A stretch of DNA of 64,000 nucleotides, from IMG/VR virus record IMGVR_UViG_3300010356_002264; one strand, 5' to 3'. Source of the stretch: a virus (Duplodnaviria; Caudoviricetes). The position numbers and the translations under genes are program-made. The notes beneath the pieces are model-generated. The model was given only the letters and a program-made list of their open reading frames with translations, had not been told where the DNA came from and did no database searches. Below are positions 55,533 through 64,000 of the stretch, one piece after another (position 1 is the stretch's first letter; each line of letters opens with the position of its first letter).

Positions 55533-56818
55533 CACCGTTTGTCTGCGGCCGTCTGGAACGCGCGGACCTTCTTGAGCAGCGGGGTCAACGCGCCTGGTGG
55601 GTTCGTGCTCGCCAGGGTGGTCACAGCGTTGTTCAGGTGCTCCCGAATCTCCTTCTCGATCTCCTCGGAGGCCCAGGGGAGCTTGTCGATCTCGGCGCGC
55701 TTCTTGATGGCTTCCAGTAGCTCGTCGGAGGCTCGCCTGCTGGCAAGCGAGATCCCGATCGCCTCGCGTGCCAGTGGACCCCCGTTGGTTACCCACCAGG
55801 TCGCGGGAGGAAGGCCCGTCTCCACGGTGGAGCTCGCCCTGAGATGTGCCCGCACGGGCTTGCCGCGCGCCTCGGGGTTGTACATCCAGACGGCGAGTGC
55901 CGTCACCGGCATGACTCGGTGCCACCCGTCGCGGTAGAAGCCGGGCCTGTCGTACTGGCGCTTGTAGGCGGCGATCGCCTGGGCGGGATCGTCGAACCCC
56001 ACCATCACCTTGTCCTCGTCGTACTTTCCCGTGTCGGGGTCAGCCTGATGGATGACGGTCGCGATCGGAGACAGAGCGTTTGGCCCCACGTAGACGTCGA
56101 GCGGGTCTCCGTCTGAGCCCAGGGAGCCCCGAAACTCACCGTAGGGGTAGTGCATGTAGGTGCGCCATCCCTTGCCCTCACGGTAGCTGCCCGCGACGTT
56201 CTCGACGTCGATGACGAGTCCCTGGAAGTTGACGCACCCCTGGAAGGGAAACTCGTCGCGCGGCGGCGCGGAGGGGCTTGGGGGACCCACCCGCACCCGG
56301 GCAAACCGGTAGGGGACCATGAAGAACCGGCCGTCCCCGGCCGAGGCGTCCGCAACCCGGGCACGCGCTTCGCGGTCGATGGGGTCGCGCAGCCGAGAGG
56401 CCGCGCGCTCGACGTTCTCCTCGGGGATCTCGATGCCGCGGTCCTGCGCGGTGATGCCATCGTCATCTGGGTACAGGTAGGGGTGGGTACCCAGTGACCG
56501 GACCCAGCTCCCGTAGGGGACGATGCGGTTCTCCTGGTCCTTTACGGGTTCTGCACGCAGGATGAGCCCCCGCTCGTCTGCCTCAAGGGCAGACAGGGGG
56601 ATCCAGATGGACCCTCCGTGACGGGCGGCCACAGCTGCCCCGCGCGCGATGAACTTCGCGCGGGCGCGAGCGGGGTCGGACGCCTTCTTGCCCTTCATCT
56701 TCTGAAAGATGCCCGTCACGTAGGCCCAGTCCTCCGCGTGCCCTTCCTCCTCGGCTCGCTGCTTGGCCTTGTCCCAGAGGTGCTCATCGCGTTGCGTCTT
56801 CACCAGGTTCGAGGGCAT
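55532..56818 (-). CDS. multidomain protein with inorganic-pyrophosphatase-like (InPase) domain
   Basis: EN..GS.R.G..W...M..PYG...G.DGDPLDVYVG..Q..G.YDEDKVM.GF. Confidence 0.8.
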   Translation of the reverse strand: MPSNLVKTQRDEHLWDKAKQRAEEEGHAEDWAYVTGIFQKMKGKKASDPARARAKFIARGAAVAARHGGSIWIPLSALEADERGLILRAEPVKDQENRIVPYGSWVRSLGTHPYLYPDDDGITAQDRGIEIPEENVERAASRLRDPIDREARARVADASAGDGRFFMVPYRFARVRVGPPSPSAPPRDEFPFQGCVNFQGLVIDVENVAGSYREGKGWRTYMHYPYGEFRGSLGSDGDPLDVYVGPNALSPIATVIHQADPDTGKYDEDKVMVGFDDPAQAIAAYKRQYDRPGFYRDGWHRVMPVTALAVWMYNPEARGKPVRAHLRASSTVETGLPPATWWVTNGGPLAREAIGISLASRRASDELLEAIKKRAEIDKLPWASEEIEKEIREHLNNAVTTLASTNPPGALTPLLKKVRAFQTAADKR

Positions 56819-56958
56819 CCCTTACTCCGTACGTGTTCGCCTATCATAGGCGGTCACATAGGGCGGTTGAGCTAGAACCCTGGTCGCATCGCGACCCAAC
56901 CAGGACCTGAGGATCAAGGTCGAGTCCTGATCGTGTTAGATGCGACCTGGAGGACCTC

Positions 56959-57474
56959 ATGGCCGATGCCTTTCAAACGACCCTTACCCTGACGCGACAG
57001 CCGGACGGGCTCTACGCGCTCCACGCGCTCACCACGACACCAGACAGCTGCCGCATCGTGGACCCCGCAAGGCTGGGCGCGGTGTACGGGCAGCCCGTGC
57101 CGAGCGACGCCGTGGCCGTCATCCTGCCAACGCGCCGCGACCAGAACTGCACGAACAGCAACCCAGGAACCATCCAGCACCGCCTTGTCAACCTGCGGCT
57201 GCCCCCAGGCAAGACCAAGGTGGTGGCCTTCCTAGTCATCAACCCAGGTTCGACGCTCCTCACGACCGCCCTGGTGCAAGCGGGGGGAGGGGCCCCAACT
57301 CCAAACCCCGTGCCCACGCCTGTGCCCACGCCTGTGCCCACGCCTGTGCCCACGCCCCGACCGCGCGTCTCTCTGCCCTTTAACACCCCACCATGGGTCG
57401 TTGGAGGTTCGAGGACGGGAGGTCGAGTCCACCTCCCGTTCGAGATTCCGCCCTGGGTCGTGCTGTTCAGCTAG
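56959..57474 (+). CDS. hypothetical protein with (PVPT)4 linker
   Basis: GGAGG RBS; 12-bp tandem repeat at about 57308-57357. Confidence 0.6.
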   Translation: MADAFQTTLTLTRQPDGLYALHALTTTPDSCRIVDPARLGAVYGQPVPSDAVAVILPTRRDQNCTNSNPGTIQHRLVNLRLPPGKTKVVAFLVINPGSTLLTTALVQAGGGAPTPNPVPTPVPTPVPTPVPTPRPRVSLPFNTPPWVVGGSRTGGRVHLPFEIPPWVVLFS

Positions 57475-58349
57475 ACCCGTAGGGACCCAAAGGCTTCAAC
57501 CCGCCCGTCGGAGTTGAGGTGAACCTCGACTTCGCGGATCTCGTTGTCTCCGCTCGCGTTGATCAGCGGGATTCCCGGTTCACAGTAGTCTGTGTCGGCA
57601 GTGAGGTCGTAGCTGCGGTGGACGTGGCCGCACAGGTGTGCGACCACGTTTGGTCGCCAGAGCTGGCGACCGGCGTGGCGCTCGTCCCACCCCATGAAGG
57701 TGTTCTTTCGATCGTAGCGCTCCGAGCTCCCGTACAGCACCATCTCGGGCACCGGAACCGTATGGGTCACGAGGATCGTGGGGGACTTGTCGTCCTCCTC
57801 CAGGTGGCGGAGGAGGGTGCGTCGACACTCCGCGTGGAGCGCGCCGGGGTGCACTCCGACACCAACCTGCGCCCACCTGCGGGCCTCGTTGTCCATGTGG
57901 TCATGGGCGGTCTGCCCGCGCGACTGGTCCGTTGCGTGGAACAGGGTCCCATCGAACCCCGCGAAGTTTCCCACGAACCGGACCCCCTTGACCGTGAAGG
58001 GAGCCTTGTCAAGCAGGTTCGCTCCCACCTTGGAGCATGCGGCTGTCATGTGGTTCACAGCGTCCTGCATGAGGACGGGTTCGTTGGAGAAGACCGCGTC
58101 GAGGTCGTTGTTCCCCGCGACAAGCATGATGTGCTCGACCGAGGAAGCTGCCGTGAGGAGCGCATGGACCCCCTGGGCGAAGGTAGCACCCATGTCGGGC
58201 TCCACGAGGTCCCCTCCGTGGAGGAGGGCGTCGTAGCGGCCCGACATGCACAGGGACCGAAGGTCGTCGAGACGACTGAACCGGCTTCCCTTGCGCCCGA
58301 ACAGGTGCCAGTCAGAGGTGAGGAGGAAGCGCAGCGTGGTTGGGCTCAT
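57471..58349 (-). CDS. calcineurin-like metallophosphoesterase
   Basis: SDWH, GGD, GNND, THTVP, GHVH. Confidence 0.88.
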   Translation of the reverse strand: MSPTTLRFLLTSDWHLFGRKGSRFSRLDDLRSLCMSGRYDALLHGGDLVEPDMGATFAQGVHALLTAASSVEHIMLVAGNNDLDAVFSNEPVLMQDAVNHMTAACSKVGANLLDKAPFTVKGVRFVGNFAGFDGTLFHATDQSRGQTAHDHMDNEARRWAQVGVGVHPGALHAECRRTLLRHLEEDDKSPTILVTHTVPVPEMVLYGSSERYDRKNTFMGWDERHAGRQLWRPNVVAHLCGHVHRSYDLTADTDYCEPGIPLINASGDNEIREVEVHLNSDGRVEAFGSLRV

Positions 58350-59536
58350 GCGTCCTCCACGATCTCGGCGTCGATGACCATGGGGCCTGAGTCGCCGCCG
58401 GCCGGGAGCAGCCTCCGGCTCTGGGGCGCGCGCAGGGGTCTGGCCGCGCCCAGCACCGTGGACGCAGGGGCGAGCGAGGTGAGGACGGTGTCGACGTTGA
58501 CCCGACCGTATGGATTGCCCGGCGTCAGGTGACGGCTCCTCAGGTCCGCGGTAAAGGCGTCGAACTTGCCCGCCGCGAGCGCCACGATCCCGATGATGAC
58601 GTCGACGACGCGCCGTGCGTCGTCGAGGTCGACGACGCGCTCATTGCCGAGCAGCTTCTTCCACTTGTCGCGGGTCGCCTGAGTCGTGGGGTCCGACGGG
58701 TAGCTCCCGTAGGGCTTCTGGACGCACCAGACGGACCAGCCGCGAGTGCGGAGCGAGTCGACCACCTTGCGCAGCGGGGTGGGGGCCTGGAGGGTGATGC
58801 CGAGCCAGCGCATGGCGTGCTCCGGGTCGATGACCTCCGGGTACGGCTCGTCCGTCACGATGACGAACAGCTTCTGTCGGATGCTGTGAGGGAAGTTGAG
58901 CATCCGGTCCGCGTAGAGCAGGGCCATGTCGCTCGACTCGCAGTCGTTCCCTCCCCCGTCGCAGTCCTTGCGCATGTGGTGGAGGTACCCCTCGAGCTCG
59001 GGCCCCGAGCCGGGAGGAGCGACCTCGATGGTGTCGGACCGTCCATAGCGCCCATTCACGGAGGCGTCCCCGAAGCCCACGAACTGGAGCTCCAAGATCT
59101 TGCGGCCGTCGATCATGGTGACAGGAGCCGAGTCGGGGGGGTCGTTGTCGACCGTCGGGTCATGCTTGTGGCCTGACTTTCCTCCGAGGAAGTCCAAGCT
59201 CTTCAGGAACAGGAACGCGAGCCGCTTGAACAGCTCCGGTCGCCACGGCCCCACGGACCCCGTGGTGTCGATGGCAACCCCGAGGTAGTTCAGGGCCGAG
59301 ATCGTATGGGGGCGTACAGTCAGGTCGACGGGAGGGTACGCGGGGCTGGGCGGCACGGGGTCGGGGTCGACTCGTCGGGAGAAGGGGGCAGGCCCCACGG
59401 TACCCGGATCCGCAGACGGCATGGATCGGGTATATGAGGTTCCGGGGGAGTAGGCGCTGTGTGCGTCGCTGAAGGCGCTGGGGGCCGCGTCGTCGCGGTC
59501 GCGAGACTCTCCCCTCCATCCAAAGTTGCCACTCAT
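58346..59536 (-). CDS. vWA-domain protein
   Basis: IDTTGS (MIDAS-like), GGGNDCES, VTDEP. Confidence 0.8.
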   Translation of the reverse strand: MSGNFGWRGESRDRDDAAPSAFSDAHSAYSPGTSYTRSMPSADPGTVGPAPFSRRVDPDPVPPSPAYPPVDLTVRPHTISALNYLGVAIDTTGSVGPWRPELFKRLAFLFLKSLDFLGGKSGHKHDPTVDNDPPDSAPVTMIDGRKILELQFVGFGDASVNGRYGRSDTIEVAPPGSGPELEGYLHHMRKDCDGGGNDCESSDMALLYADRMLNFPHSIRQKLFVIVTDEPYPEVIDPEHAMRWLGITLQAPTPLRKVVDSLRTRGWSVWCVQKPYGSYPSDPTTQATRDKWKKLLGNERVVDLDDARRVVDVIIGIVALAAGKFDAFTADLRSRHLTPGNPYGRVNVDTVLTSLAPASTVLGAARPLRAPQSRRLLPAGGDSGPMVIDAEIVEDA

Positions 59537-59717
59537 GGTGGTTCTCCTGTTTTCCTGTAGGTCTACACAGGGAGATAGGGAGCTCCAAAGGTGGAGCTGT
59601 GGTTCGACACCAGTTTCGGGGGTTTAGAGCGGAAGGAACCCTTCACAGGCCAACCAGGGTCAACTGGTTGGCCTGTGATTCATGGTGCGTTAGAACACTC
59701 ATAGACCGGAGGCTAGC

Positions 59718-60455
59718 GTGCGCATTTTATCTACGAATCCCGCGATCGTCCCTCGGCATCGCTTGACTGAGACGGACTTTGCCACGACGCGCACGGAGAT
59801 CCTTCAGATGCTCCGGCGTACCAACTACGACGTCATCCTCGTCACGGACCTACCCGAGACGCCAGCCGCTCGCGTACTCGACTGGGTGCGGGCCGCAGGA
59901 TGGCGTATCCCTGCCATCCTCGTCGGAGACGTTGTTCCACAGGAGGCTGACGCGCTGGCCTGCTTGCATACGAAGGAGGCTACGACGGAGGTGCTGGAGT
60001 CCTACTTCCGCCAGGTACCGCGTAGCAGCGAGATGAGCGGCGAGTGGCCTCCTGGCAACGTGCAGGAACTCATCATCCTCACCAAGGACAGTGTGGCCGC
60101 CCAGACGCATATGGCCGCTGAGGTGTCCAACATGAGTCGTCAGATATCGGAGCTTCGCACCGGCCTGCGCGAGGACATCCGGGAGCTCGGGAGCAAGGTC
60201 GATGAGTTCCGTCACTACGCGGACAAGCAGCGGGACGCCATCGTGGCCAAGATCGGCGAGGGACCCCTGAGTCGCGTTCAGGAAGGACTCAAGTGGGTCG
60301 TGGAGCACCCCATCCTCGCGATGGCGGTGTTCCTTGCGATCCTGGTCCTCCTGGCGTCTGTCGTCGTGGGGATCAACGCCCTACAGCCGGGCAAGATGGA
60401 GATGATCAGGGACTGGTCCTCTGGGCACGGGGCCCAGAAGGCTGGCGGGCACTAG
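59718..60455 (+). CDS. receiver-like domain + coiled coil + C-terminal TM
   Basis: YDVILVTD..IPAILV; GGAGG RBS. Confidence 0.6.
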   Translation: MRILSTNPAIVPRHRLTETDFATTRTEILQMLRRTNYDVILVTDLPETPAARVLDWVRAAGWRIPAILVGDVVPQEADALACLHTKEATTEVLESYFRQVPRSSEMSGEWPPGNVQELIILTKDSVAAQTHMAAEVSNMSRQISELRTGLREDIRELGSKVDEFRHYADKQRDAIVAKIGEGPLSRVQEGLKWVVEHPILAMAVFLAILVLLASVVVGINALQPGKMEMIRDWSSGHGAQKAGGH

Positions 60456-62749
60456 GTCGGGGGCGGGGGCGGGGGCGGAGGTACGCTCCCGCCCGAAGAG
60501 GAACTGTCCTTGGGCGGTGGGACGGAACCTCCTGATGACTTCGCGTCATCCTTCTTCGCGTCCGCATCCTCGCTCTCGCTCTCGTTGATCTGGTCGCTCA
60601 TGATCGTGTCCTCCGGAGTTTGGCGAACCTCGTCGAGCAGGACCTCCACGCGCTCGATCTCTGACATGACGAGGTCCAGGGCCCGCATCGCGCTGACCCA
60701 GTTCTTGTGAACGAGCGCACCGCCCGCGGCGGCGAGGTCGCGCTTGATGACCTGCACTCGCAGGTAGGCGAGCAGCAGGTGGCTATCCTTCGAGGGAACC
60801 TCGCGAAGCGAGCTCCCCTGAGTGGAGCTGGGAAGGCGCAAGAGGATGGCCGTGAGGCGTCGCTCCGCCTCTCCGTACACACTATGGGCGTCACGCGTCG
60901 CGTGGAGCACCACCCCGTGCTGCGCGATCGCCTTCTCGTAGAGACCGACCGTCTCGTTGGCCTTTACCTCGACGGGAGACGCGGAAGTCGCGTCGATGGG
61001 GGCTTCGATGAGGCGAAGGAGCTCCTCCTCCGCGTGCTGCGCGAGGACAAGCGTGTTGCGAGGGTTGTCGGCAGGGTCGATCGTGAGGTCGGCCGGCAGG
61101 GTCAGGTCCGCGACGCGGACGTTGATGACCCTCGTGATGGTCCTGGCGATCCGGTCGATGACGGCCGCGCACGCAGCATGTCGCCGCTCGTAGTCCCGGA
61201 TCATGTGCATCGCGGCGACTGGGTTCTTGTAGGCCAGCGTCTCCGCTTCCAGGAAGAACTGCGGGCCCTCCGCGAGGAAGGGGTGCTGCGAGAGCCACAC
61301 CATGGGTACGTGCATCGTCTCGGTTCGACGCGACAGAGCCTCGAACTCAAGCCCAGAGCGGTGGACCTGGATGCAGGTCATGACCGAGTGGATAGCGGAC
61401 TCGACGTCGGCAACACACTTGTTTGCCTCGTCATACAGCCTCGACACCTCCGCCTCTGCGTGCTCCAGGCTGAAGAAGCGCGTGCGCGTCGCCGAGCCAA
61501 ACACGTGAGCGTCGTGCAGGCTCACCGACTCAGCCATGTCCACGCGGTACGTCGCGCGCAGCCTACGACCGAGGTCTGACCCGGGGCAGGACCCCGTGAT
61601 GAGGGCTACGACCTTCGCGGTACGCCCTGCCAGGGGCGCGCAGGTGTGAAGGTGGGCGGACGCGGCCTTGACGTGTCGATCGGCCTGGTCGGCCTGCTTG
61701 CACGCCTCCGCGACCTGGTCATGGGCGCTCGTGGCGGTCAAGGGGAGCTGGCTGCGTACCCTCTCGATCCGTTCCTTGAGCTCCCGGACCGCCGCCGCCG
61801 CGCGGCTGAACCGCGTCTGGTAGTGGTCGAAGTCTCGAACCGACGGGTCCATCGCCTCGTTCATCGTCCCCAGACGGCGACGAGCGCGGTACCAGAGAAA
61901 CACGAGGAACAGGAAAAGAGCCGCTCCGAGGGCGGACGCTGCGGCCCATCGGAACGTCTGGACGCGGCGTCGCTCCTCCTGGAGACGGACCCACAGGCGA
62001 ACCTGCGACTCCACGAGGCTCTGAGCGTCTCGCATCAGGCGAGTGGATCCTGCGGTGCGTGCACTGACGGCCTGGTCCGCCGTCGCGTCGAGCATGTTGC
62101 GCTCCTCCCGACTCGCTGCGGGGTCCTGCGCGAGGAGCCTCAGCAGGGAGATCGCGCTGTCGAGGTCGGCCTCCGCGCGCGCACGGTCCAACGTCTCACG
62201 CGCCGTTGCCTCCTGCTCCGCCTCAGAGATCGCCCGTAGCGCCTGCTGCATCCCGTAGACAGGGTCGACGGGACGCTTGGAGGTCGCACGCTCGAACAGG
62301 TCGCCGGCGCCCGCGCTGGCCGGCGTCACACCAGCCGCCCGCACGGCCGCTCCGACGCCGATCGCGTAGTCGCACCTCGAGTGCTCGGGCCTCCGCACGG
62401 AGACGGAGCAGTCGTCCGACCACAGCAGCAGCATCACGGAGTGACGGTCGGGGAGCCCCTGCTGGAGCCAGGTGTCGATGAGGTCGTCGAGCGCTCGGAC
62501 GGCGGGGATCCCCGCCGCGACCCCCTCCCCTCGCGCCACGATGACGTAGCTCGGTATGGACATCTTCCCCAGGGTTTCACCCAGCTTGGCGAGCCCGGCG
62601 GGGCTCATCGAGCTCGGGTGCCAGGTGTGGGGAAGGACGTACACGTGCTGGTCGGGCTGGAATCGAACCTCGACGGCCGGCGCAGCGCGGGCTGCGAGGG
62701 GTAGGCACAACCAGATCGCCAGAGCCAAAACTGTAACCCGCATGAGCAC
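60452..62749 (-). CDS. membrane protein with signal peptide, exported domain, TM and coiled coil
   Basis: Signal-like N-terminus, one TM, Pro-rich tail. Confidence 0.7.
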   Translation of the reverse strand: MLMRVTVLALAIWLCLPLAARAAPAVEVRFQPDQHVYVLPHTWHPSSMSPAGLAKLGETLGKMSIPSYVIVARGEGVAAGIPAVRALDDLIDTWLQQGLPDRHSVMLLLWSDDCSVSVRRPEHSRCDYAIGVGAAVRAAGVTPASAGAGDLFERATSKRPVDPVYGMQQALRAISEAEQEATARETLDRARAEADLDSAISLLRLLAQDPAASREERNMLDATADQAVSARTAGSTRLMRDAQSLVESQVRLWVRLQEERRRVQTFRWAAASALGAALFLFLVFLWYRARRRLGTMNEAMDPSVRDFDHYQTRFSRAAAAVRELKERIERVRSQLPLTATSAHDQVAEACKQADQADRHVKAASAHLHTCAPLAGRTAKVVALITGSCPGSDLGRRLRATYRVDMAESVSLHDAHVFGSATRTRFFSLEHAEAEVSRLYDEANKCVADVESAIHSVMTCIQVHRSGLEFEALSRRTETMHVPMVWLSQHPFLAEGPQFFLEAETLAYKNPVAAMHMIRDYERRHAACAAVIDRIARTITRVINVRVADLTLPADLTIDPADNPRNTLVLAQHAEEELLRLIEAPIDATSASPVEVKANETVGLYEKAIAQHGVVLHATRDAHSVYGEAERRLTAILLRLPSSTQGSSLREVPSKDSHLLLAYLRVQVIKRDLAAAGGALVHKNWVSAMRALDLVMSEIERVEVLLDEVRQTPEDTIMSDQINESESEDADAKKDDAKSSGGSVPPPKDSSSSGGSVPPPPPPPPT

Positions 62750-62804
62750 ACTCCCTTTGCCGGTCGGTTCTAGGGACCCGACCAGGGTAATCTATCCTGC
62801 CCCT

Positions 62805-63584
62805 ATGCAAGATAAGCAATCAACTATGGACCTCACCCTCGATTCTGTAGCCTCTGTAGCTTCTACAGGTAAGTCGAGCTTCGGGGAGGTATCGGATCAG
62901 ATCCGAGCGGCTGTGACCTCCTGCGCGGCCTGCTCCCTGCGGTCAGGCTGCCGCGCTCCGGTCCCGTTTGACGGCCCGCTGGACGCGCCCCTTGGGGTGT
63001 TCGGGGAGGCTCCTGGTGGGGTGGAGGACGCGGAGGGGCTGCCGTTTCAGGGTCCGTCCGGCCTGCTGCTCAACCGGACGCTGGTCGCCCTGGGCTGGGC
63101 GCGGAGCCGCTGCTACGTGTCGAACGTGGTGAAGTGTCGGCCACCAGGCAACGAGAAGCCCAAGCGTCCGTTCGTCGCGAGCTGTCGACCTCACCTGGAG
63201 GCGGAGCTCGCGGCGGGACGGTTCAGGGCGATCCTGGCCCTGGGCTCCACGGCCCTGTCCGCCCTGACGGGCGAGCACGGGGCCGTGTCCGCCTTCATCC
63301 CCCGCGAGGACCTACGGGTCACGGTCGGGGGGCGGGAGGTGCCGATCGTGGCCTGCTACCACCCCTCCTACATCCTGCGCAAGCGGAGCGAGGGGGCTGA
63401 CGCCTACGAGGTTGCCATGCGGGTCTTCGCGAGTCAGCTGCGGCGGGCGATTCGCCTGGCGTCCGAGGACGTCGTCGAGCATCCCGAGCGCGATCCCGAG
63501 GTCTCCCCAGAAGGAGAGCAGGGTCTCGCGCAGGGCGATGAGGTCAGTGGACGGGATGTTGAGGGTGATCCTGTCGCCCTGTAG
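62805..63584 (+). CDS. udg: uracil-DNA glycosylase, family 4 (Fe-S)
   Basis: CAAC.L, GEAPG..ED..G.PF.G.SG, NVVKCRPP, YHPS. Confidence 0.92.
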   Translation: MQDKQSTMDLTLDSVASVASTGKSSFGEVSDQIRAAVTSCAACSLRSGCRAPVPFDGPLDAPLGVFGEAPGGVEDAEGLPFQGPSGLLLNRTLVALGWARSRCYVSNVVKCRPPGNEKPKRPFVASCRPHLEAELAAGRFRAILALGSTALSALTGEHGAVSAFIPREDLRVTVGGREVPIVACYHPSYILRKRSEGADAYEVAMRVFASQLRRAIRLASEDVVEHPERDPEVSPEGEQGLAQGDEVSGRDVEGDPVAL

Positions 63585-63770
63585 GTCCACGGTCCCCTGG
63601 ACGTAGTCGCGGCGCCCTCCGACCGCCACCTCCACCTCGATGTGCCCCGAGGGGGAGCTGGCGCGGTACACGACCTGGTCTCCAAGGCGACTCTTCCGCA
63701 CGCGCACCTCCGTGCCGGGGAAGGCCCTCGCGATCTGCTCCTTGATCTCCTTGGGACTCATGGGGCTCAT
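63312..63770 (-). CDS. hypothetical protein; 3' end overlaps udg antisense
   Basis: ATGA coupling to upstream ORF; high GC3. Confidence 0.45.
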   Translation of the reverse strand: MSPMSPKEIKEQIARAFPGTEVRVRKSRLGDQVVYRASSPSGHIEVEVAVGGRRDYVQGTVDLQGDRITLNIPSTDLIALRETLLSFWGDLGIALGMLDDVLGRQANRPPQLTREDPHGNLVGVSPLAPLAQDVGGVVAGHDRHLPPPDRDP

Positions 63771-64000
63771 AGGGCGAAGGGGGGCAGGTGGATGGTGTCC
63801 CGCAGGGGGCGCTTGTCGGGCTTGATCTTGCTGTCCGACCATACCAACCGAAAGCGGTATGGTTTCTCGACGAAGAACATGTGGGAGATGACGGGCGTGG
63901 TGTCCACCTGGCAAATGGTCTTGATGGCGAGGTCTACCTGGTCCGGAACCTCGGCGAACAGCACATGGTACAGCGGGATGCGCTCCTCGTCCTCGGTCCC

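Overview
High-GC window that reads as part of a jumbo phage genome. The host is probably a high-GC bacterium such as Myxococcota; that is an inference from the CarD/CdnL gene, Hanks kinase and GC content. Positions 1-28.8 kb and 44.4-64 kb hold many short unknown ORFs mixed with recognisable genes: CarD/CdnL, RNA ligase, RadC/JAB, TatD, tRNase Z, Ppx/GppA, PAPS-reductase-like, Dps, CoaD-like, Ser/Thr kinase, two dual-specificity phosphatases, DUF262, radical SAM plus PLP enzyme, InPase-domain protein, metallophosphoesterase, vWA and family-4 UDG. Positions 29.2-43.4 kb are an array of 44 tRNA genes, with one more on the minus strand at 47.3 kb. The array is interleaved with HNH and PD-(D/E)XK nucleases, a DNA methyltransferase and many unexplained structured RNAs. 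Main observations: (1) four copies of a circularly permuted tRNA-mimic RNA with a conserved 7x7 internal loop, Y-RNA-like, three of them retaining an anticodon-like arm; (2) a promoter-like motif TCAGCTCC-N17-CGACTA-N6-ATG exactly 37 nt upstream of about 20 start codons, suggesting a leaderless regulon; (3) an extreme C-to-G skew inversion at about 16 kb, a candidate origin or terminus; (4) six ORFs whose stop codons lie inside the next tRNA; (5) several non-canonical tRNAs. All calls were made by eye; no searches or folding programs were run, and ends may be off by a few nt.
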